Both the position numbers and the translations under genes were made by a program. Below, piece by piece: positions 50,135 through 62,763 of a DNA stretch of 64,000 bases; the stretch's first letter is position 1, and every line of letters starts with the position of its first letter. A model generated the notes under the pieces. The model searched no databases, was not told the DNA's origin, and saw only the letters and a program-made list of their open reading frames with translations. This stretch comes from Aplysia californica. Lineage: Eukaryota. Where the stretch lies: the NCBI RefSeq assembly GCF_000002075.1, contig NW_004797271.1, positions 218,832-282,831 of the forward strand, read 5' to 3'.

Positions 50135-50290
50135 AGTCTAGATCTAAATATCGAGATCAAGATCTAGATCTAGAATAGAATCTAAATCTACTAGATCTAA
50201 TCTAAATTTAGATCTACTCTATTATATTCTAGATCTAGATCTAGATCTAGACTAATCTAGAAAATGTAGATAATATCTAGATTCTAGATG
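50135..50290. repeat. Degenerate (TAGATC)n palindromic repeat
   Basis: Direct inspection; also at 30493-30511 and 56036-56110. Confidence 0.9.
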
Positions 50291-50409
50291 TAATGTTTCA
50301 CATGATCATCAGTCGTGGCAGGCAGGAAAATAGTATATACTAGTTCGTCCTGTCATGCCAGTGCAAGAGGACGAAACACTATAACTAGCGAATAATACAC
50401 GTTTTTCTG

Positions 50410-50970
50410 AGGCCTCTGATTGTGGTCTGTAGAATTTAGAGTCTGGGTTACAGTGTTTGCCTCTCATTCAATAGGTTTGAATCATGGCAGGGACAGACAT
50501 TTTTCTTCTCTAAAGTTTTCTCTTTTCACCTCCTATCTTGCTCTATGTTCTGTCGTCTGTTTTCCTCTCCACTTTCTGCCCCCCCCCCCTAACTCCCCAC
50601 AAACACACACCTTTTGCCTCCTCCCCCTGGCTCCTGGCTCTTTCTGCAGCCTTTACTACTACTACTACTACTACTGCCACTCATAGGCTCCTTCGATCTA
50701 ACTGCTGTCTTTCAGTCACACCCATGATCTTATGGTATAATAATATGATCTAACACCTAGTACCTAGCCTTCTCGGACAAGGGCGAAACATCTCGGAGGT
50801 CACGTGTGTAAGTTGCGCAAGTTAAAGATCCTTTGGTATTCTTAAAATCAAAAGAGTAGGCCAGGCTTTTGCCCACACCTGACCAAAATTTAAAATTCCT
50901 ACCAAACTGAAACTATTTAATGTTCAAATGCGACCTATGCTGTCGCAGGCACCGTAAAGCGCTTACCCTA
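50410..50970 (+). mobile_element. Full-length diverged Nin/Deu-type SINE
   Basis: Head, spacer with (CTA)n, CTCGGACAAGGGCGAAACATCTCGGAGGTC..GTTAAAGATCC, tail GACCTATGCTGTCGC..CACCGTAAA. Confidence 0.85.
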
Positions 50971-51483
50971 AAAAGAACCCCCAAAACCACCAACCCACTT
51001 ACCCCCCCCCCCCCCAAAATCAATTCTTCAGTTGGGTATCACACCTTTTAAGAAACCTTGCAGTGTTGAAACAATTGTGCAATTCCCCCCCCACACACAC
51101 ATACACACAAAACATGTGTCTCAAGTGATCTGAAAGAATTTTATTTTGAGGATCGCCCAGTATTGATTTCCCTTTTCATTCTTCATCAGTTTGAGGGTGT
51201 GTGGGCATTGAAAATTCACTGACAAGTTCCATTTNNNNNNNNNNNNNNNNNNNNNNNNNNNNNNNNNNNNNNNNNNNNNNNNNNNNNNNNNNNNNNNNNN
51301 NNNNNNNNNNNNNNNNNNNNNNNNNNNNNNNNNNACACACACACACAAAAATTCACTGACAAGTTCCATTTTTTAATTACATCATCATCGCCTTCATATT
51401 ATATTGATTTTTTTTTTTTTTGGGGGGGGGGAGGGTATATGGTGCAAACGTGGCGCTCACATGCACTCGTACACACACTTATA

Positions 51484-51568
<85 letters not shown>
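51484..51568. repeat. (CA)n microsatellite
   Basis: Direct inspection. Confidence 0.97.
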
Positions 51569-51570
<2 letters not shown>

Positions 51571-51851
51571 TAGACCTGAGAATGCATACCCGTGGGCTAT
51601 ATGGCGCTTCGACTCCTCCTCCACGTAGACGTAGGCCTAGAGTAGTGAAACATATTGAGTATTTAATTTTAAAAAAAATTGAAGCTTCTTATCGGAATTA
51701 AAAAACTCCAAATATGCCAGGCAAGATTCAAGTTCAGTTGTATGAAAACTACTGCATCCTAGGTCAGAGTAGTCCACATAGGAAAAGGCACTTTTGTTTT
51801 CAAATGCCTTCCGTCTTAATTTATAATCTTTATAAAATGATTTAAACGTAT

Positions 51852-51890
<39 letters not shown>

Positions 51891-54800
51891 TCTATCTATT
51901 TATTGGGGGGGGGGGGGGGGAGTTAAGATGTGGGATAAATGTCATTTAACTTTAACTATCCAAAAACATTCTTAGAATCTCTGTAGATGTATTCTCTCAA
52001 AACTGTCTATCAGTCAAGCACTTTTCTCTTTTATGAAATGAAACTAAAGGAGTCAGCCTATATTCAATATAGATCTGTGAATTTTGCCACATTTAGTTGC
52101 ACACGTGAGAATATGAGCCACCACAGTGTATTATTTTAAGCATCAGTCTATATTACTAGTCTACGTAATCCTACCCAAAAATTATAATTTCTTTCAGATG
52201 TCCAAAAATGGGTTATGAATTATCGGAAGGCTGACTTTGGTTCTTAAGATAGCAAGTCACCTATACATGTACTGTGTACAGTTGTACAGTGGAAATGCAT
52301 TGTGCGCTGAGCAATTTGAACAATACGCACTGTCTTTGGTAATTTGCATCTTGAACAATTCAAGTGAAGATAGCTGTGCCCAGTGGCGGCTCGTGGTTTA
52401 TAGAACTGACCGGCGGTCATTCACGTCGACTATTTTTCCCNNNNNNNNNNNNNNNNNNNNNNNNNNNNNNNNNNNNNNNNNNNNNNNNNNNNNNNNNNNN
52501 NNNNNNNNNNNNNNNNNNNNNNNNNNNNNNNNNNNNNNNNNNNNNNNNNNNNNNNNNNNNNNNNNNNNNNNNNNNNNNNNNNNNNNNNNNNNNNNNNNNN
52601 NNNNNNNNNCGCCATCCCCACCCCCTCCCCTACTCACACACACATACCACAGTAAACATTGTATTATGTAATTTAACGTGAAAGAGCTAAAATATGCGGT
52701 AGCGTCAAGAAACAATATTACGAATAATGTAAGATCGAAGTTACTGAGATTAACAGAAACTCACTTGATCGGCACAGAAAAAGAAACACACTACCTGAGT
52801 CTATGCTAGAAAACAAACTGAAAGTGAGAAGCAATAAACCGCTGGTCCTGGCCTCCAGTACAGTACTTTACTCGTACTTTCTACACCCCCACACAAAATA
52901 TCGACGTGCACTGGACCAGTTAAATGTAATAAAAACTGTCCTGTATGATGACAAAAAGTCAATTGCTACTGTACCAGTGACGCTGTCCGAAGCAGATCAA
53001 GTCTACAATCAAATGCTATACAAAGCTGGACAAAGCACACAAGTTTCCGATCATTATATCATCAAATGTACTTCATCGCACTTCTCAGTTCTCAGAATTG
53101 AAAACTGAACACTGTGTTGTAACAAAGTGGGGAAGTGTGTCAAATGCTAATTATAGAACCTGGTGTCTAGCTGGGGTGAGGGTTGAAAAGGGGAGCCGAG
53201 TGTCTATCGCTCCTCGTTAAATTTTTCCTATATATCTTCACTAGACGATTCCTTCTTTCGCCGGCCAGACTCCTAAGGGCCATGTAAGTTATTAGTGGGG
53301 AGAAAACAGGAACTATAGGTGGTTAAAAAGTCAATAAACAAAAAAGATTAGTGCCATGCTGACAATAAATGTTCTGATAGTAGTTAGAGAAAGGCTGAAT
53401 GATAAATACATGTTTTGCTGATAAAATAATATATGTGTCTGTGCTGCTCAAGACAGTCTCATTCTTAATTTTGTAAGCTACAAAGAGGCAAATCTGGCAA
53501 TTAAGAGATGTACTAATCGCTCTGTGGGCTGACAATGGATTTGTCCATGGGACTGACGTCATCGCTAGGCCTAAGCCAAGCCCGCCGTGTGCTTGGCCTC
53601 GTACGTAGTACGAAGTTCCGCGACGTGACAGCTTGACGGGAGACGATTTAAAGTTACGAGCCGGCGCGATAACAAATGTGAAGGAATGAGGTTATGTTGC
53701 GACAAAACAGCAGTGAATCCCACTTGTCTATTTGAGCGCCTTCAAATCGGCAAGGTGTTTTTGAATGTTGATACATGTTTGTTTGGATTTACTTAAAACT
53801 GAATGAAAATCGTCATCAGCAATAAACCTCTAGTCAACAGCTCAGTTGACAAAAATCTGACCAGTTAACAAACCGCCCCTGACTGTGCCCATGCTGTTTA
53901 CTGTTCCAAACTCTCCAAAATAAATAATCATTGTTCCCTCCAGGCCAGTTCCAAAGGACAGGTCCTGTCCATGACAAAAGATCAAGTGTCTGCAATGTGA
54001 TGTGAGAGTTTTGAAGAAGCGGAAAGAACAAAAACTTGACATCTAAGAAGGCAATGTCCTGCTGCTTCAACACTACGGAATACAGGTAACAAAATTAAAG
54101 AGACAAAGAAATTGCAAAGCTTACTTAAGTAAGGAAGTGCTAGCTTGACCCCGTCAGGACCAGCCCTGAAGTTTGTAATGTCCCAAATTTATGTGCCTGA
54201 CAGAGAAGTATGGACATAATAATCATATCAAGACAAAAAGTCTCATATTGGCAATCTATCATTGCTCCAGAAAAGCATACAAACTTTTCCAGAAAATGTT
54301 CAAACCTCAAGCAATGCAAAAACTCTACATCAGATCTGGGAAGTGTGTACCAGCTGATGTGTGCAGATAATACAAGTGAACTCGAAGTTCTGTCATGAAC
54401 CTAGCTGTACACTGTAGGCCTACACCAATTTCAGACTTTACTATAAAAGAATCAGCAAGAGACAATCTTTATATGAATACAGCAAAGCAGTCTTATAAAA
54501 GACTGTCACATTCAACCCACTTGTAAGAGCCAGTTTCAGTAANNNNNNNNNNNNNNNNNNNNNNNNNNNNNNNNNNNNNNNNNNNNNNNNNNNNNNNNNN
54601 NNNNNNNNNNNNNNNNNNNNNNNNNNNNNNNNNNNNNNNNNNNNNNNNNNNNNNNNNNNNNNNNNNNNNNNNNNNNNNNNNNNNNNNNNNNNNNNNNNNN
54701 NNNNNNNNNNNNNNNNNNNNNNNNNNNNNNNNNNNNNNNNNNNNNNNNNNNNNNNNNNNNNNNNNNNNNNNNNNNNNNNNNNNNNNNNNNNNNNNNNNNN

Positions 54801-55199
54801 NNNNNNNNNNNNNNNNNNNNNNNNNNNNNNNNNNNNNNNNNNNNNNNNNNNTATATATAATATAGGCCTCTAGTGAGTTCGATCTGTCATTGTTGTATTC
54901 CTGTTTTTATCCTATAGACCTGTACGCCTAGCCTACACAAAACGAAATCTGTTTTCTGTTTCTACAGTTTGTTTCCTTTCCTCGCCATTGTCTATAGGCC
55001 TATAGATCTATAATGCTTTTGCGTGCTCTGTTTCTTTCCTCTCCAACTCTCCAGACCCCATGCATGGCTAATGTACGCTCACTAATTATAGTTAAACTAG
55101 TTGGGTACCCCATTTAACGAACGGACTTAATCGTTAAGTCATTGTGAGTTCAGTGCGCATTGGCACAGCATGTGAACGGAAGTGTGTCGAGAAAAGTTC

Positions 55200-55928
55200 C
55201 GGTTTTTAAGAAATGAGACTGCCAAACGGTTGATCGTAAGTTAGCCTCGGCCTAGAACACTGTGTGGACGAAACATTTTGGAAAAATCGAGGAAAGCAGT
55301 TTGCGTGGACTTTTTAAAGTTAAGTCCCAGCCACATGGATGCTGTGGACGCCTGCAAAGTTTCAAAGGTGTTGGTTAGGTAATAAGGGAGGAGTTTGTGC
55401 ACAAAGCCTCCCAAGTCCACTTTTATATATATATTATTTACAGCTAGCTGGGCCCTCTTTCCACGAAAGGAACGGTCGGTGCATTAACATCAATTGAAAG
55501 TCATTGGCCTACTATATATTTACACTCTGCTGGAACGGAGAAATACATCTTGAGAGAAAAGTGACACATGTATTTCCAAGTTGCCAAAATATAATAGATG
55601 TATAGATTGATTGTCTATTCCGCTTTCGTGGTTGTACACCCCAGAATTTCAAATGTGTGGAAACAGTGCGCACGGCTAGTGAACGGAACCCTCACTTGTT
55701 TACAATGGCGTCTTACAAAACGGACTTTCCCAAGATTAGGACTCTGTGGACGAAACAAAATATTTTGGAAAAATCGAGGAAAGCAGTTTGCGTGGATTTT
55801 TTAAAGTTAGGTCCTAGCCACATGAATGCTGTGGACGCCTGCAAAGTTTCAAAGGTGTGGAATAGGTAATAAGGGAGGAGTTTGAGCACAAAGCCCCCCC
55901 CCCCCCCCAGCCCACTTTTATATATAGA
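55200..55928 (-). mobile_element. Head-to-tail non-autonomous Helitrons
   Basis: Copy 55444-55928 has A|TCTATATATAAAAG 5' end and hairpin+CTAG 3' end; 55259-55432 duplicates 55741-55926. Confidence 0.75.
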
Positions 55929-56279
55929 TAGATAAGTAAAAATGTATTAAACTTTATTATCTTAAATTATACTGCTTGTGTTGTGAGCGAGATCAACATG
56001 TATTTAGGCTAAAGCAGGCATATGCTGAAAGCCTATAGATCTAGATCTAGATCTAGATGACTTGTTTTCTTATGTAACTACTGCCTAGATTAGATCTAGA
56101 ATCCAGATCTCGATTGGAGGTGGCCATGAGGCAATGGTTCTAAAAATAATCTCACAGCTACGCACTAGTTAGGTCCCAATTTCTTTATCTTGTCACCCAA
56201 GCTCACAGCAAACCACACAAACCTTTAAAATAAATCAAAATAAAATATTTTTAATCAATTAAAGTTGTTTATTTGTATC

Positions 56280-56475
56280 TTGTATGAAGCAGAAGACATC
56301 AACTTTAATACGGATTTTCATTTTCTAGAATACAACAAACGGCTATTTACAAAAATATTGATCGGCGGGGACAAATTGACAAAAGTTGCTGTGCAAAAGA
56401 TGGAAGGTCTTGTTTGACAGTTAAAGCGATACTAATTCGACAAAACGTTGCACGACGAATATTTGACCGCGCTAT
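56280..56475. mobile_element. Right arm of the Tc1/mariner MITE family seen at 44844
   Basis: Ends ACGAATATTTGACCGCGCTATA, the reverse complement of TATAGTGCGGTCAAATATTCGT. Confidence 0.75.
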
Positions 56476-58939
56476 AAGTTTGTCACAAGGTTGTTTTTCA
56501 GTTTTGACTGTTGAGGTTTTATAGGCTATGCATGGATATGGGCATATCTCGGATTCTTTGAAATGTGTGATGGCTTTTCACGGTGTACATACTATATGTA
56601 TAATAGTATGCTGTTAATTGAACTCGATTGATCACACAACTCCTCCCACCCACACCACCCCACCCCTCCCCCCCAACCCCCCCAACCCCCCAACCCCCAC
56701 CTTAGATCACCTGCATGACGTAAGTTTACTTGCAAATTATTGTTTATGAATACCTTTTATTTCGTTTTTCGTTGATACTCACTGCAAAATAAAACCTAAA
56801 CATCATCGGGGTACTGATTGCTATGACATGCACACAAGGTAATTTCGAATAGCTAAAAACTATTAACATTTTCGAAGAATAAATAAGGTAACTCAGGGTC
56901 ATGGCAATCTACAACATTGGTTTTTGCCTTTCGTGGGTTGAGAACAATGGTTAAACATTTCTATAAAAATCGATTTGGCTGTATTGATCGCAAATTCGTG
57001 CCATCAGAGCGATGTCGTGCGCAGTCGATGGCAACTAAGAAAAGCTTTGCATTCCAGCAATCTGTATTACGCAATGCAATAGGCGAAATCTCATCCTCTT
57101 CCGGGTTGGCCAGGTTTACAGATTTGGACAGGTGGGGTGGGGGGAGGGGGGTGGGGGGGGGGGTTAAAAGGCTGCATCAAGAGACGCACAAGAAGGAAAA
57201 AACGGACCATTCTCTTCTAATAACCCCAACATTACCCAGTGGCAACAGGATTTTAACAGTTCAAAAGCAAATTACTGTAAAGCTCTTGTCAATGTTCAAG
57301 ACATTTTTGGTGAAGATCTTATATAAAAATCTGGACTCTTTTCCTTTTGTTTTCACTTTTTAAAAGGGTGGTGGTGCACATATTGGTTCTTATATTGGAG
57401 ACCAAAGAATAAGACTGTGTGTCGTAAGAGGCTTCTTCAGGGGCGTAGATTGACCTCACGACAATAGCAAGACGCCAATTACTCCGTAACACCAAAACCA
57501 AAAGTAAAGAAAAAAGTTAGGGAAACACAAGCTGACAGGTCAACAATAACTAATACGTCTTTTTCTTATAGTTTGAAAGACAAAAGAGCATGTCGTGCTT
57601 CAGAGGGAAAAATGAACGAAAGGTATAATATTGTCAAGAAGCTGGTCCAAAACCGGAAAAAGTGAAACGTTTTTGTCGCTTTGACATTGGCCAACACCCT
57701 GTTCCGTGGTTAGATAGAAAGGCTAATGATGAGTGTAGAAATGGAGCACAGTCATAGCTTTTGGGTGGTACATTGTTGCTACAACTACATTACAATTGTA
57801 AAAAGTCATACAATTTGTTTATATACAATAAAGTATCAGTTTGACCACTACAATTTTCTAAACCTGAATCCGTACGAAAATAGTTACAGCTTATTTAGAG
57901 TCAGATGCTATACTTAAAACAAAAGTACTGTCTGATATTTTCTTTACAGCAAATCTTTCATGTTGACGTTTTGTTTTGTTTGCAAGTTGTTTGCATTCAC
58001 AACAGTTCAAAACACGACTTAATTTTTTTCAAAGGACAGGTTTAAAAGGTTTTCATTTTCGAGATAAAAATGCCAGTTTTCATAAATAATAATTTATATA
58101 AAATATATTTTAATCAAAAATAGCATTGGCCTTTAGGAAATCGAGAATAATGTTGTCTGAAATCTGCGTTTTAGGTTTCTGTGTTGTTTGAGCGGAAGTT
58201 AGAGTGTTGTTGTTCTCTTGTTCGTTTGATAAGTGGTTTACGGTGCTCGCAACTGCATAAGGTTCAGGCCACAATGCAGGCGGGGCGGAGCGGGGCTGGG
58301 CGGGGCGAGTCGAGGCGAAATCATTGGGTGGCCACATCGGGAGTGAGGCGAACCGGGCGGTGCAACGCAACGTCGTTTGGCATTTAATTTTCATATCACT
58401 TTCAATTGAACACGGACAGGAAAAGTTTGGCGTTATTTGTCTGGGTCGATGAGGAGACCCAACAAGAAAGGAATGGAAGCACCCGATCAACCGACTGCAA
58501 ATTCTTCCACTCGTTGCCTGTCACACGAAAAGGCGTATCCCTGTTTTCTTACTTTTTCAGGAGAGCTATGTTGCTTCATCCCTTTCCCTTGTCATTTTAG
58601 TGAACTGCATCCTACCATCGGGATATTTGGATATTGTGGGCCTGATAAGATATCAAACAACGAGCAAGATTAGTTTTGCACTGGTTTTTTATATAATTTC
58701 ACTGCGAAAATGTGCCATATGTTGGCATACACCCTTTCGTGTGATTGTTCAATTTTTTGTCCTATCCAAAATCAGTGTATACGCCCATGTATACGCCCTG
58801 TGTTTGAGTGTCCACACCATTAATTTCAGCCTTCAGACTGACAAGTAGAGGATACAATTCCTCCAAGACATCACTCCTCACCTCCTCCCCCCCATCCACC
58901 CGCCAAACCTTCCCCTTTCTCTTCTCTTCCCCATACCTC

Positions 58940-59026
<87 letters not shown>
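58940..59026. repeat. (CTGT)n microsatellite
   Basis: Direct inspection. Confidence 0.97.
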
Positions 59027-60559
59027 GGAAAGTCTCCTCTTGTAGAACAAAGCATTTTCATCTGAAATCAAAGTTCCCAGCCAGAATGCTGTGGTCAGCT
59101 TGAACCACCTTCTTGCAATCCTCCCTAAGTAGTCACACCTTTTTGTTTTTCTGCATTGTGCCTGTTATAAACTTCCCTGAGTTCATTTTTCTGTGCTTCT
59201 TCCCCTTTTCGGAAAGAGTTGCAGAGTGAACATTAGTCCTTTTTTTTGTCTTGAACACTCGTCTGAATGTGTGAAAACCTGGGATGTCATTGCATGGATT
59301 TTTTTTCACGAACATGTCGTACATTTTGGACAATGCGAGGTCTGGGTTGAGATACTCTTTGCTGGAAGAGGCCCTACAGTAGTGCGATTCCACGCGTAGA
59401 AATCTGTCAATGTGTTGACTGGTCATCTCCCTGTTTTGTTCTTCTCTTGTCTTCATCTGCTCCGATTGCCCCCTCGCTTGTCTTCTTCCACAATGCCGGT
59501 CTCCGTAATCTTTGAGAAAACAACTCGGGCACATTTCTCTAAAGTACCCAAGGTTGCAAGGAATGTGTTCCTACACACTTTCAAGCGCTTTCCATAAGCA
59601 TGCGTTTTGCTGCGTCGAGAGTTTGGTTTCCCGACCTTGGGCTCTGTCGTCACAATATGCCACGCAACGAACTCTCGTTGTCCATTTCCTGGGATGCTAT
59701 GTCCCTCAACAGTGAGCCTGGTTGGCCCTGACAGGCAAGGTCAAGGTCGTCCAACTTGAAAATGATCTAAATTGTGTAAATATGGTCATTATAAGATAAA
59801 TAAAGCATGTAGTTTAAGATTATTCTAAATGTGGCAATTGTCACTTGAAATTAAGAAATATGAATAGAAAGCTTTTTTTAAAGCCAATTTCTCACTATTG
59901 GATGAATATTGATTATTTGTTGATTATGCAGGTCAGCCAGTTTGAAAAAGTCCTGAAATATCTCCCTCCTGTCCTTTCCTGAGATTCCCGAACACTGACC
60001 GCCAGCTCTCGTACATTCCATTCCAACGCAGCCCTTTCTCATCATTCGTGCTGGAACAACCTTTTTCGTGTCGGCGCTCATGTACTATTCGCCACATTGT
60101 CGCTTTCTTTTTGCATCGTTCTTCGATTTGATTCTCTTCGTTTCTTTGGCGACGCCTGGCGGGCTTACCCTTCAACTTCAAATGATTCTGGTAGCCGTTC
60201 GTTGATACTGTGGGTTTCATCGGTCTCAAAAACATTGTGCGCTATGGATTCAGAGTTTGTTGATTGCCCTGTCTTTCCTTTTGACTACAAAATACTGGAA
60301 CTTCTAGGAATTAATGATCCGTGTCCGAATCATCGAAGTCACCCAGGCCAAGAGACGTGTCTTCATTCTCAGCCTCGTGTTGATCAGGAAATTCAATTGT
60401 CATTGTAGGCCTACATTTCAAAGTTCAGCTAACGAAATGTCATCTGACAAAGTCGAAGTCACTTTCATTGAAATGCGAACTTGCCATTCTGGGCTTAATA
60501 CACAAGAAAAATTCCGATAGTCTGAGTACAAGCTAAAGAACGATTTGGGTTTGAGTTTC

Positions 60560-60561
<2 letters not shown>

Positions 60562-60616
<55 letters not shown>

Positions 60617-60623
60617 TGTGTGT
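60562..60623. repeat. (TG)n microsatellite
   Basis: Direct inspection. Confidence 0.97.
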
Positions 60624-61811
60624 AAAATATAAAGATTTAGGGGCTACTTACACGGCTCACCTAGTAGACCTGTCTTCGGATCAATATAACAAAGTCTAAG
60701 TCATGATGTTTTTATCACTTCAGTCAGTAGCACTGCCCTGGGGGGGGGGTTGTCTAGATAGCGTTGCCTTCTAGGGAATGAGTGTAGAATAATACGCTAA
60801 TGGAAAAACATATATATAGCTGAGCAATATTCATGTGTATTGCTGGACAAAAAGTAGATCTGATTTAAATTTGATCAAACCCAAGTTTGCTTTTTCTAAT
60901 GGTTTCCAATAGTCAGCAGATCACGTTGTGTGTGACAGTAAGCTGCAAACAACAGTAACCAATTGTAGGCTAACAACACAATAAGGACCGCCTCATTTTC
61001 ACTCTAGCACAAGCAGGATTCGCTGCAACACAAGGCATACTACTTAACTCTGTGTTGTGTATCAGGCCTATTGCATCATTAGAGGAGGGCCTAGAGTCTA
61101 GTATTACTATGATATTACGTTATACAGCCTTGGCCTATGCCAGAAAAAAAAGACAAAAGTGTTCCTGTCGTTGACACGAAGGGGCGTATCCAAGGTATAC
61201 GTCCTTTCGTGCGAATAGAATTGATAAAACTTTGTATCATTTTTTTGCACACGAAAAGGCGTAAGCCTGTGTTCACCGTTTCGTCTGATTCGGTGGCGCT
61301 GAGTGTTAGCGTACGCCGTTTTTGATTTTTTACTGCTAGTGCTGCTATTTTAAAGCTAGGGATACGCCGTTTCGTGCGAACATAGATCTGAGGCAGCGCT
61401 ATTCTACCTACTAGTAGTAACAACTCAAAACTGCCAAAATCTGGAATACGCCCTTTCGTGTGATAGGCGACGCACTGATATCTGAATAAAAAGAGGGTAT
61501 AATGAACGTGAATTTGAAAAAAAGATCAGACATGTAGTACGAGGGAGAGGCACCTAATTTCTTTGTTAAAATTTCTTATTAATTTTCTTTCATGCGTTAT
61601 CTTGGTGTTGTGAATGGGAAATAGAACATAAAAATCAAAGTTCCTCAGCAAATCAAAGATAATATCTTGGTTTTGCAATGCACATGGGGAGTTATAAACA
61701 CATAGCTTAATACACATACACACGCATATACGCACACATACATGCATACAAATATAATATACACACATACACACATATAACGTAATAAGTTATACACACA
61801 CAAATAACCTG

Positions 61812-61882
61812 TGTTTGTGGTATAGTGGTTAGGCACTTTATTGTCTCACGTAGAAGACCCACGTTAGATTCCCCAGGGAACA
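61812..61882 (+). pseudogene. tRNA-like remnant
   Basis: GTGGTATAGTGGTTAG A box and GTTAGATTCCC degenerate B box; stems broken. Confidence 0.5.
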
Positions 61883-62144
61883 ATAATTTTTCTCGAGTAT
61901 CTTCGTTTTTCTGTTTGGATGTTGTATCACTCTCAGTCTGGTTTGGCCCTGACAGACAAGCGGGAGTCAGAGAGGAGTANNNNNNNNNNNNNNNNNNNNN
62001 NNNNNNNNNNNNNNNNNNNNNNNNNNNNNNNNNNNNNNNNNNNNNNNNNNNNNNNNNNNNNNNNNNNNNNNNNNNNNNNNNNNNNNNNNNNNNNNNNNNN
62101 NNNNNNNNNNNNNNNNNNNNNNNNNNNNNNNNNNNNAGACGAAG

Positions 62145-62149
<5 letters not shown>

Positions 62150-62203
<54 letters not shown>

Positions 62204-62249
62204 AGAGATAGATAGAGAGGGAGGGGGTGAGAGAAAGACTAAGAGAGAA

Positions 62250-62324
<75 letters not shown>

Positions 62325-62683
62325 GGAAAGAGTAGGCGAAGGGAATGTTGGGGCGAACAAAGGATCGGTAGATATAATAATATGTTGTTAGATAATTGAG
62401 AAGAGATCATTCATTTTGTAACGTCTTGTGTGGGATAAGAATACACATTAAATTCATAGTGCAGCGACTTAGTTACACGACAGTTGGGGGTAGAAGTAGT
62501 CCAGCTAAACTAATGCTCTATTGTTAAGGGACTCTGGGTACAGCTGAAGAGAAAATATTTGTTTGTACTCTTATTTAAGTATACTGGGATTCACAATAAC
62601 CAGTATGGGCCAATAAACAGAAAAATATCATCCCTATATGATTTCATTGACAATTTTCTGAATTCTTGAGATGAAATGAGGTC

Positions 62684-62750
<67 letters not shown>
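62150..62750. repeat. Three (GA)n tracts (62150-62192, 62253-62321, 62684-62750)
   Basis: Direct inspection. Confidence 0.95.
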
Positions 62751-62753
<3 letters not shown>

Positions 62754-62763
62754 TAATATACTA

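Larger units (their letters stand above)
58512..61472 (-). mobile_element. Sola1 DNA transposon with decayed transposase
   Basis: TIR CGT(T/C)GCCT(G/A)TCACACGAAA(A/G)GGCGTAT; 4-bp TSD CACT; RREIFQDFFKL, KVCRNTFLATLG..DKRG, HIDRF..VESHYCR..EYL..KMYDMF; catalytic core absent. Confidence 0.9.

Noticed and set aside
51211-51371. AAAATTCACTGACAAGTTCCATTT repeated on both sides of a 100-N gap
   Set aside because: Typical scaffolding overlap artefact.
51590-51636. 47-nt AG..GT segment encoding GLRLRGGG (ubiquitin C-terminus-like), same length and phase as the 39143 exon
   Set aside because: No ubiquitin fold upstream, a weak acceptor, and it overlaps a common TAGGCCTA motif; chance is likely without RNA evidence.
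52803-53108. 101-aa ATG ORF in apparently unique sequence
   Set aside because: No recognisable motif or splice context; this length is expected by chance.
53944-54085. Plus-strand AG..GT segment with Cys residues (KCLQCD)
   Set aside because: Stops occur in the candidate frames and no partner exons were found; probably a decayed TE gene that I cannot classify.
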